A DNA stretch of 49,168 bases, from the NCBI GenBank assembly GCA_008369845.1, contig MRSU01007434.1:1-49168 (forward strand), read 5' to 3'. The stretch comes from Trichomonas gallinae. Lineage: Eukaryota. A program made the translations under genes and the position numbers. Positions 10,694-19,741 of this stretch are shown here, piece after piece. How positions within the stretch are numbered: the first letter of the stretch is position 1; the number at the start of each line of letters is the position of its first letter. The notes beneath the pieces were generated by a model. That model saw nothing but the letters and a program-made list of their open reading frames with translations. It did no database searches and was not told the origin of the DNA.

Positions 10694-11473
10694 TTATAGT
10701 AATGAAGAAATTTTTGATGTAACTTCGGAATCTGTGCCTTCAAATGTTGCTGTTAATGTTTCTCCTTCTTTCTTTAATGAGATAAGTTTCAGATCATTAT
10801 TTAATGATAATTGAACGAGATCAAGCCATTTAGAGTTGCTTATTGTCTTTGTTGTGCTCGGAATTCCTGGTAAATTAGGCCAAAAGAATGGAATATATTT
10901 TGGTTGCCCAGCAATTTCAAGATTAAGCTTAGTTCCTGCGACAAGTTCGAAGTTTCCTTTGTTCTGAGTAAAATCATGCACATCATCAAAGCAATTTGCG
11001 CATGGATCGATTTGAGCTTTTGCAAGATGATCGTAAACTCCTTCATATGAATATGTTCCGCATCCAATTCTGAGTTTAGTGGATGCCTCGATAACCGGAC
11101 TAGTTCTAGAATGCATGAAGAAATCGCAATCAGTGCAATTTCTGCATCTAAACTGTCCACAATTGATTGTAACTTTGCATCTCTGGCAATCACGCATGAA
11201 TATAGAGCCTTTAACTGCAGATATGGCAAATTCGCAATCAAAGCATTGATCGATCGTAATAGAATCAACAAAATCTTGAATAATCAGTTTGCAATGATCA
11301 AGGTAGTCTGCTTGGAACTGGTTTCCATCGATATCACCTGGATTTCTTGTTATTGTTTCATTATTTTTCCTGGAAACTATGAGCATATCTCTGTTAATTG
11401 GCTTTTTCTGTGTAATAGGTTTTGGTTGTGCTTTTGGTTCATTATTCTCTGGTGATGATGAATTACAACCCAT
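10694..11473 (-). CDS. RP2: XRP2/RP2-like TBCC-domain protein (Arl3 GAP family)
   Basis: MGC N-terminus (myristoyl/palmitoyl signature). TBCC beta-helix with PGDIDGNQF...ITIDQC...GSIFMRDC...CGQFRCRNC...PVIEAS...VHDFT. Confidence 0.88.
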   Translation of the reverse strand: MGCNSSSPENNEPKAQPKPITQKKPINRDMLIVSRKNNETITRNPGDIDGNQFQADYLDHCKLIIQDFVDSITIDQCFDCEFAISAVKGSIFMRDCQRCKVTINCGQFRCRNCTDCDFFMHSRTSPVIEASTKLRIGCGTYSYEGVYDHLAKAQIDPCANCFDDVHDFTQNKGNFELVAGTKLNLEIAGQPKYIPFFWPNLPGIPSTTKTISNSKWLDLVQLSLNNDLKLISLKKEGETLTATFEGTDSEVTSKISSLL

Positions 11474-12016
11474 CACAAAAATCTAGTACGTTACTTGTCA
11501 AAAATTTTGATTTACATGACAATTTTGTTTTTGACAGTCATCAGATTCTCTTGCACTCGTTTAGAAAAAGAGCTGCCACAATGAATTTTTTCAGGATTAG
11601 GATCAATTTATTCACTGTGATAGTTTTGCTTCGATGTCTAAGGCAGCAATGTATTGTGATACCTCGTGATGCATCAGACATCAAAACAAGACCTATAAGT
11701 TTTTTTAGATTATCATTGCATTTGTTGGGAATGAGATCTGACACAAAAAGCCCATATTAATCATATTTCTATGTATGTCAATCTTTAAACATTGGTAATT
11801 TAATACAATTTTTCAAAATCCAAAAAAATCTTTGATTTGATTTTGTTATATATAGGAATTCGAATAGAAGCGTATGAACTTATTCTATTTAGTATAATGC
11901 ACAATAAATTATTCAATTTGAAGAAATATGTTTCAATTTGTTTAACATTATTATTAAAAATATGCTTTGCAGTAAAAACTTAATGATTTAAGAATTGTTA
12001 AATAATGAATATATCA

Positions 12017-12625
12017 TTAAACGTAATTCTTATATACCCATGATGCATCAACTGGCTCTGGATAACCTGCAATTGATAGTGCATCAGTGAATTGCCACAT
12101 AGTGTAGTTGCCTGTGTACTTCACATATGAGTTATATTCGGCAAACCAAACATCAATTCCAGCATCATCAATTGCTTTCATATTTATATACTCTCTGGTC
12201 CATAACAAGTTGACATATACCATTGGTTTATATCCAGCAGCTTTAATTTTTCGACAAAATGCAAGAACATTCTTTGTCGTTTGTTCTCTTCCTACAATCA
12301 TTGTGGAGTCTTCAACATCATAAGCAACAGGGAAAGTTATGTAATTTTTGTAATCTTGGATAATCGAGAGTGCGAAACCTGCTTCTGCTTCAGCTTCGGC
12401 CTCTGTGCGAGCATATCCATAGTGATAAATGCCAATGAGCATGTTTGCAGCGATTGCTTCTCTCATGTGATTCTTGAATTGACGATCTATTTGTGAAGGA
12501 TTGGGAGATCCATATCCACAACGGATCATTGCGCCTTGGATACCAGATTTAGCTTTGGCTGCAGCAAAATCAACATCACCTTGCCAGTGAGAAATGTCGA
12601 TAATCTTGAAAGGAGTTGCTGGCAT
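12017..12625 (-). CDS. Glycoside hydrolase family 25 lysozyme/muramidase (bacterial-type)
   Basis: IDISHWQGDVDF, IRCGYG, GIYHYGYA, YDVED (DxE), MWQFT and VDAS. Likely start MPATPF at 12625, with TCATTT Inr just upstream. Confidence 0.93.
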   Translation of the reverse strand: MPATPFKIIDISHWQGDVDFAAAKAKSGIQGAMIRCGYGSPNPSQIDRQFKNHMREAIAANMLIGIYHYGYARTEAEAEAEAGFALSIIQDYKNYITFPVAYDVEDSTMIVGREQTTKNVLAFCRKIKAAGYKPMVYVNLLWTREYINMKAIDDAGIDVWFAEYNSYVKYTGNYTMWQFTDALSIAGYPEPVDASWVYKNYV

Positions 12626-13142
12626 TATGTAAAAAATGAAAATTTGCCTTGTAAATTGATTTTCTCCATTCAAAGTGATAAAATTTGACACGTAAATTTT
12701 AAAAATCATCATCATAATCCTTGGAAAGAGTTTTTAAAGTTATGATTGCAGAGAGTTATGATTTATCCTTAAGAAATGAAGTTTTAATACTAATGGTACT
12801 GCGAGACTTAGTTTGAAGAAGACTAATGACGTTATTTTATTGATTCATCAACTGTTTTGCGTTGACAAAATCGTATCGGAATTGAACTTAAATAGGTTAT
12901 ATTTATTTGTCAAAATTATAAATTTACTTGTCATAATCTCATTTCAAAAAAATAATATTTGATTTTGCAATATCATAAAGGCATCCGTATAGTCATTATG
13001 TGATTATTTTATATATTTGGTAAATTCATAGCCATGATATTGATGTTACATCTTTATGGTTAGGATTCATGGAGTTTCAGGAATTGAAAAAAAAGGTTAT
13101 ATTTATATGTCAGAATTTCTGATTTATTTGTTAAAAATTCGT

Positions 13143-13943
13143 ATGCAAGCTCCAGCATTATTACACATTGCTAATTTACCAGTTAATGCTGGCGAAGACT
13201 TTCTAAAAGAATTTTTGGCAGACTATGGACCAATTCTTAATATTGTTATTAAGCCAAATAACGATACTAATATTGCATTTGTTCAATTCCAAAACTTAAA
13301 TGGTGTTTTTCAGGCTGTTTATGACTTAAATTATACAATGCTTAATGATAATCAACTTATTTTAACTCCTGCCATTCCAGAATATATGAATTCGATTAAA
13401 GAGGGAGGAAATATGCTTTTCGTTCAAGGTGTTGCAGATGGAATACAAGCTGATCAATTATCTGAAGTTTTTAGTGGCTATGGTGAAGTTTTAACAGTAA
13501 AAATTCCTCAGGAGGAAGAAGTCAAAGGAATTGCATATGTTCAGTTCAAAGATCCGGAAAGTGCAGCCCAAGCTGCTGAAGAACTGAATGGTACAGAGAT
13601 TGCAGGAAGTGTTATTAACATTCTAAATTATCGATCAGTACAAAAACACCAAAAATTCAAAAATCTGCATTCAGATACATTCACTACTATTCTATTGCAA
13701 AATATTCCGAAAGATATTACGCAACCAGCAGAACTTGGCGCATTTCTATTAGAATACGGAACTGCTGTTAAAGCAAGGATTGAAAAGAATGGTGCTTTTG
13801 CTGTTATGTCTTCTCATGATCAGGCAGTGAAAGTAATAAATGCATTAAATGGTAAAGAAATTGATGGTCAGAAAATTATTGCTTGTAAAGCTCTTTCAAC
13901 ACAAGAAAAGGCTGCATTATATGCTTTAGCCAGTAGAAAATGA
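13143..13943 (+). CDS. Triple-RRM RNA-binding protein (PABP-like RRMs)
   Basis: RNP2/RNP1-like motifs LHIANLP/NIAFVQF and LFVQGV/KGIAYVQF, plus a third RRM. Probable start at ATG 13143. Confidence 0.85.
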   Translation: MQAPALLHIANLPVNAGEDFLKEFLADYGPILNIVIKPNNDTNIAFVQFQNLNGVFQAVYDLNYTMLNDNQLILTPAIPEYMNSIKEGGNMLFVQGVADGIQADQLSEVFSGYGEVLTVKIPQEEEVKGIAYVQFKDPESAAQAAEELNGTEIAGSVINILNYRSVQKHQKFKNLHSDTFTTILLQNIPKDITQPAELGAFLLEYGTAVKARIEKNGAFAVMSSHDQAVKVINALNGKEIDGQKIIACKALSTQEKAALYALASRK

Positions 13944-14171
13944 CTTTAATTATTCCATAATTTCAAATATTTAATTTTTTATTGTGATATAGTTGTGTTT
14001 GTGCTTTTAGCCTAATAAAGATGTAATGTATAGTTATAGAACACATGAATGCAAAATATTTTTTTATATTTTCCAAGAAGTTGTTTTTGCAGCTAAATAT
14101 TTTGTATATTTGCAATATAGTATCTTCTAATAAACATGCTTTTATCGTTCAAGTCAAACAACATAAAAAAA

Positions 14172-14972
14172 TCAATTATACAAAATAGACAAATCTAACT
14201 TTTCTTCTGCATTAGGATCCTCTTTCTTAAACTGTTTGAAGTAATCAAAGAGGTATTCTAAAGGCTTTTCTGGTTTATCTCTCATGATTTCGCCCATTAT
14301 CTCATCCATGACACTGCGAAGCTGCAAATTTGAATGTATATATGATATTGCTGCACCTCTATCTTTGATACTCTTCAAACTAATTTTAATATTACTTAAT
14401 ACAACGTTATCAGGACTTTTGATGTAATGGTCTGGTCTAACATATTGTGCTGGACCTGGTGCAGGTGATTCTTCTTTTACACGAGAAGAAGCTCTAGAAA
14501 ATTTATATCCAGGGATCTTAGGCTTATCAGCAATGTTGTATTGTCCTGGGCCAGGATTTTCGTTTGGTTTTTCTGGCTTTCGTGTTGCAATTATATGTCC
14601 AACTGGCTTTTTATTGAACTGTGGAGAATAATCTCCTGGACCAGGTGTAGGAGTTCCAGCGAATATGCTAGGCATTGGTAATTGGCCGATCTTCGGGCCT
14701 TTGTTTCCGTAAGAATTGAATTCTGGTGGATAATAAAAATCAAGTGGATCAACTTTTTCTTCAACAGGGAATCTTTCGACAGATCTTGATATTGTTGATC
14801 GTAATGCATGTCTTGGTGATGGTGGCATTGTAGAATAAGCGCCTGGTCCTGGTGTCTCTGAAATTTCAAAAAGATTGCCACGTGGTAGAGAGTCTTCGAA
14901 ACCAATACCATGTGAAGCACGAAGGGAGCTCCTGGCTTTTGAGTTTAAAACGTATTTAGAATACCCTTTCAT
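14172..14972 (-). CDS. SHIPPO (PGPGxY)-repeat protein, ODF3/STPG-like, with C-terminal Dpy-30/RIIa-like motif
   Basis: TPGPGAY, TPGPGDY, NPGPGQY and APGPAQY repeats. C-terminal MDEIMGEIMRDKPEKPLEYLFDYF. Confidence 0.82.
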   Translation of the reverse strand: MKGYSKYVLNSKARSSLRASHGIGFEDSLPRGNLFEISETPGPGAYSTMPPSPRHALRSTISRSVERFPVEEKVDPLDFYYPPEFNSYGNKGPKIGQLPMPSIFAGTPTPGPGDYSPQFNKKPVGHIIATRKPEKPNENPGPGQYNIADKPKIPGYKFSRASSRVKEESPAPGPAQYVRPDHYIKSPDNVVLSNIKISLKSIKDRGAAISYIHSNLQLRSVMDEIMGEIMRDKPEKPLEYLFDYFKQFKKEDPNAEEKLDLSILYN

Positions 14973-15550
14973 TTAGAAAAAGAAAAAAATCTGCTGATTG
15001 AAAATAGCAGGGTCTTACACCAATTGAAAATTTTTTGTTGTAAGATGAACAATGAATAAGAGTCATATGATAGATATTATTTTAACGATCAAATTTTCAA
15101 AATTTATTTTTCAAATTTTCTCTCATATTTGATCATATTATTATATAATGGGAATATTTTCACAATAAAAATTATTATCTTTTTTCTAAATTTGTTCAAT
15201 TTAAAAGATTTTTACAACTAAATGATAGAATTATTTAATATTCAATACAATGGAGATATAGAAGAAACGAATTTATTTTCATTGTTGAAAAAAATCGTTA
15301 AAAATCAGCTTGCATTCTTTAGAGATTCTCGTTAATTCTCCTACCGTAATAAGTTTCTCGTTTGCATTTCATATTTGACTGATTTTTCAATTTCGAAATT
15401 ATTTTTGAGTTTCAAGGGAATCAGTTACTTTGATTCGTATTGCAACTATTGCATCGGAGTATATAAGAAATAATATATTTACTAAAACATGGTCATATCA
15501 AATTCATATAGAATACAAAGAAGCATAATATCAATAATGTCAATAATATA

Positions 15551-15865
15551 TCACAAGTAACTCTTAACGGTGCTGAGTCCATCAATCCACGAAGTTGCTT
15601 CGTTCGAAGTTTGGAAATTTATATGTAATGTTCTCTTACTGTTAACAATTTGTATCGGAATACCTTCACTAGACGCGCAGGAAATAGTAAATGTTGTCTG
15701 TTTGTTGATACTGTAATGTCCTTTTTCTTGAAAAGAATTTTTATCTTCGAAATAACGAAGCTGTCCATTATCCAGAAGCACGAACCATCTTCTCTTCCAA
15801 TTTTTTACTTTTGAACCCTGTTTGATTCCCCAGCCGGTCTTGATGATCTTAGGAGCAGGCATCAT
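15551..15865 (-). CDS. Stand-alone PH-domain protein
   Basis: IKTGWGIKQGSKVKNWKRRWFVL...LRYF...EATSWIDGL. TCACT Inr upstream. Confidence 0.9.
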   Translation of the reverse strand: MMPAPKIIKTGWGIKQGSKVKNWKRRWFVLLDNGQLRYFEDKNSFQEKGHYSINKQTTFTISCASSEGIPIQIVNSKRTLHINFQTSNEATSWIDGLSTVKSYL

Positions 15866-17173
15866 ATAAAATAACTACAAAAAAGTGAAAAAAAACTGAG
15901 GTTTGCTCAAACGTTAAATGGCATGATGATCATTATAAAAAAAAATCAAAAGTTTTTTTGAGTGAGTTTACGTTTATAGAAAAATTTCATCCGCTAAATT
16001 TAATTTCGTAGCCATTATCTTTATACTATTATATTTCGAATTGTTTTATAAACCACTTATAAACCCGATTTTTTCAATAAATTCAATGAGTCTCACAATC
16101 CAAAATTTTCGAAAGAGTGATAAATATTACTGATTATCTAGTAAAAAGATAAATGTTATAAAATTAACGATGGCAATTTGACATTTTGCCAAAATGTAAT
16201 TACGTGGATTTTACATGGCAAAAATATTATAGTCAAGTTCTCATTGTCTGATTGGAGCTACTTACATGTGCTCATCATCAGACTTCAAGTTAATATTCTC
16301 TGATTATTCATATGGCAACTCATTAGACGCAGTTGAAATTCTGAAAAACAAAGCATAAAATTGATTTCTTGTCGCTGTTGATCATTTGTGCTTGGATAAT
16401 GATAATCGTTTGAGAGAAAGTGTATATTTTTAAAAACAGATTAAGGAAGCAAAAGAAACTTTTCAAGATCAATGATATACGTGTTTTTTTATAACAATTA
16501 ATGTTGTTATTAGGGATGTGTGAGGAATTATCTTGTATGGACAATCATCTTGATTCAGTCTAATATCATTTTCAATATGAACATAGCACATATGAGAAAT
16601 TTATGATGCATTTAGTCACAATTTGATTGAGTATTGTCCGTACGCTTCTTCTGTATTTATGGCCTGAAAATGCATCAATATTGATGTAATATTACATGTG
16701 ATAACATAAATTTTTAATTTCTGTTGCAAAACTGTGAGATTTTCGAATTATGTTGAAATATATTTGATAGTGCATCATAGTTAACATGTCCGTTAAGTAT
16801 ACTTTGCAATAATCCAATAAAATCGATGAAAAAAAATAATCGAGTTTGATTAAATAAACTACAGAATTGAAATATTTTTAGAAGATATAACTGTATAATT
16901 TTAATTGCAGTGTTATTTAGATATAAAAATACTTTTGAACTATTCAAACAATTTACATAATTCAACATCAAAATTGCATATAATAGTTAATTACATTAAT
17001 CAATTTTGTATATGAATTGAAAATTGATATGTTTACATCGAAATAAAATTTATAGTTTTCATAAGTTTACGAAAAAATTCGATTGATTTAATTTCGTATC
17101 AGATTTGATCTAAATACGTAATAGAATGATTTTAAATTTTTTACATAATATGTAAATAAAAATTTTTATTTTG

Positions 17174-18418
17174 ATGATTTCCGATGAATGTGACAGAGAA
17201 CTAATAACAACTGTCATGGAAATGATATGGGATATTAGTAGTTATGAGGTTCTCGATATAATTAAAGAAATTCAACAATGCATTTACCGAAATTTATTAT
17301 CAATAACTAATATTTTAACGGCAATAGATAAATCAAGTATATGGAATCTTCGATATATGAAGAAATACATGGAATTATGTTCTATTCTAGCTGAAAAATA
17401 TGATATTAATACATTGAAATTTTATCAAAATCAAACTCTTCAAGCATTACTTGTTAAAGCCTCATATATCAAGTTACTATTACCTATTAAATACAAAAAT
17501 AGCTCAATCGATGAAATCTATCAGATTTATCCATCAAATTCATTACAAAAAGCCATTTTATGGAATGATTTGAACGACTTTTGCAGGCTATCATCCCAAC
17601 ATAGTTTTGACTATAATCAAAGGATCAATTTTACATCACTGATTGATTTAGCTGCAACTTTTGGATCTATCGAGATTTTTAAGTTTCTGTACATGAATTA
17701 TGCAAATATCACACAAACTACACTAGAAAATGCTATTCTCGGCAACAACTATGAAATAATCCATATTTGTGAGCGTCACGTTAATAAATTAACAGAAATG
17801 TGCATGAATAATGCAATTAAGGCCCATAACTATGAACTAGTTGAGTATTTAAATTCCAATTATGGATTAGAGATTCCAATTCACAGAGCAATTGACAATT
17901 ACAATTTCAAAGTTTTCTTTAACTATTTTAAGACTGAAAACTGCATCGATCAGTCTTTGATCTCAGCTGTTCAAACAAACTTGATCTCAATTGCTCATTT
18001 TCTTCTTCAAAATGGTGCAAAAATCGAAATTACAGATGAAACAATCCAAACACCACTTCATATAGCAGCAGAACAAGATAATTATAAAATGGTGAAAATA
18101 TTGCTTAATAATAATGCAAATATAAATGCAATTGATGATCAAAGGCAAACTGCTTTGATAATAGCTACGAAAAACAATCATGCAAAAACTGTTAAACTTC
18201 TCCTTAAGTTTAAAGCTGAAATATCAATTCGAGATAAATATGATCATTCAGCATTGGATTATGCAAAAGAAAATAAGTTCTATCAAATTTGTCATCTCTT
18301 AAGAACCATCCATGCTTACAATTTATATCACAAATCAGATATAAATAATGAATTGAAAAAAATTACAAAGATCTGCGTTGATATTGAAAATATAGAAGGA
18401 AAAACATGTTATGAATAG
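17174..18418 (+). CDS. Ankyrin-repeat protein (DUF3447-type)
   Basis: LIDLAATFGSIEIFKFLY...AILGNNYEIIH, with ankyrin repeats QTPLHIAAEQDNYKMVKILL and QTALIIA. Confidence 0.9.
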   Translation: MISDECDRELITTVMEMIWDISSYEVLDIIKEIQQCIYRNLLSITNILTAIDKSSIWNLRYMKKYMELCSILAEKYDINTLKFYQNQTLQALLVKASYIKLLLPIKYKNSSIDEIYQIYPSNSLQKAILWNDLNDFCRLSSQHSFDYNQRINFTSLIDLAATFGSIEIFKFLYMNYANITQTTLENAILGNNYEIIHICERHVNKLTEMCMNNAIKAHNYELVEYLNSNYGLEIPIHRAIDNYNFKVFFNYFKTENCIDQSLISAVQTNLISIAHFLLQNGAKIEITDETIQTPLHIAAEQDNYKMVKILLNNNANINAIDDQRQTALIIATKNNHAKTVKLLLKFKAEISIRDKYDHSALDYAKENKFYQICHLLRTIHAYNLYHKSDINNELKKITKICVDIENIEGKTCYE

Positions 18419-18596
18419 AATTTAACCATATATTAAATAAATTATGTATTTTGTTTATTTCAAAAAATAATAACTTATTTGAAGAATATTACATAGACTA
18501 ACAAAATATACTCTTTATATAATAAACAAATAATTATATTAAACAACCAGATAAAGACAATAAAAAATTTCAAAAAATATACAAATGATTGTAAAC

Positions 18597-19391
18597 TTAT
18601 TTGACAACGGCATTTTCTCTTTGTCCGATAAACCTATGTTTTGTTTTACCTTTGAGACTCTTTTGATATTCTTCAGGTGAAATAAACAGATTTGCAATGT
18701 CTTTGCTAGTAACATTCTTTGGCGGTGGCTTATTCATTTCAGCCTGTTGTCTCATATGCCATGATTCAGCTCGCTGCGACAAAGTTCTTCCACGCTCATC
18801 AACCAAAGCACGCATTTGATCGATTTCCTTGCGGACATCGTCATAAGCATCATTAACTTTTGCGGTATTCTTATCAATACCTATGATTTCTCCATCATCA
18901 CCATTTGCTTCTGCTTCTCGGAATTGATTTCTCAGTGTATTAAATCGCTTTTTGTAGATATTTGCTGAAGATTCGGCCTTTTCACGTTTCAATTCAGACT
19001 GATAAAGAAGATTTTCTAATTCTTCGATTCTCATCTGTGCATCGCTTAAAGCTTTCCTTAAATCGCTAGAATCTGGCTGTGTAGGAAGTGGACGCTTTAA
19101 ATGTGTTAAATATTCAACACCAAGCTGCATTAATTTGAAAGCTTTTAATGTTTCTGTGGATCCGAACCTTTGGGCATCGGAATTATTGAGGTTAGCGAAT
19201 GCTATATGCTGTACTAAGTATTCGAGGGAATCAATATCCATATTTTTGACAATTGCATCAACATCAACTTCTTGAATCAAATTCCAGTTCATTGGCATCT
19301 TTCTTGGACACCACCTGAAGGATGGAGATGGATCAAGCGAAACTACTTGATGATAGACTGGATAAGGCATCTGATAATAAGTTGGAAGCAT
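18597..19391 (-). CDS. DZIP1/Iguana-like N-terminal domain protein with coiled coil
   Basis: FRWCPRKMPMNWNLIQEVDVDAIVKNMDIDSLEYLVQHIAFANL...LKAFKLMQLGVEYL matches the Dzip-like_N pattern. Confidence 0.82.
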   Translation of the reverse strand: MLPTYYQMPYPVYHQVVSLDPSPSFRWCPRKMPMNWNLIQEVDVDAIVKNMDIDSLEYLVQHIAFANLNNSDAQRFGSTETLKAFKLMQLGVEYLTHLKRPLPTQPDSSDLRKALSDAQMRIEELENLLYQSELKREKAESSANIYKKRFNTLRNQFREAEANGDDGEIIGIDKNTAKVNDAYDDVRKEIDQMRALVDERGRTLSQRAESWHMRQQAEMNKPPPKNVTSKDIANLFISPEEYQKSLKGKTKHRFIGQRENAVVK

Positions 19392-19741
19392 TTTTTTTTT
19401 TTTTTTTTTTTTTTGAATAATTTAACGTACATTTTTTCATTTTTTGCAAAAAATTTAAATTTAAACAGTTCTTGCAAAAACATTACTAAATCTAAAATCA
19501 ATGAAATAACAAAAATACAAATATTAATACTAAAAAATTTAATAAAATTATATTAAAAAATAAAATTTGTGCACAAGAAAAATTGTTAGTTTATAAATAA
19601 ATTGACAAAAGTGCTGTATTATTAAAGATATACATAATTCATCGATAAAATCAGGAATTTATCAAAAGAAGAAAAATGTCATGTAAATACTTTAATCTAA
19701 CAATATATGTCATGTAAATTCTTTAATGTGACAAAAAAATT

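Noticed and set aside
11422..11760. Short ORFs upstream of RP2
   Set aside because: No recognisable domain, overlap with the RP2 start/promoter, and weak coding signal.
16300..16990. Possible degraded ankyrin-like relic / short ORFs
   Set aside because: Only faint resemblance; no convincing frame could be reconstructed.
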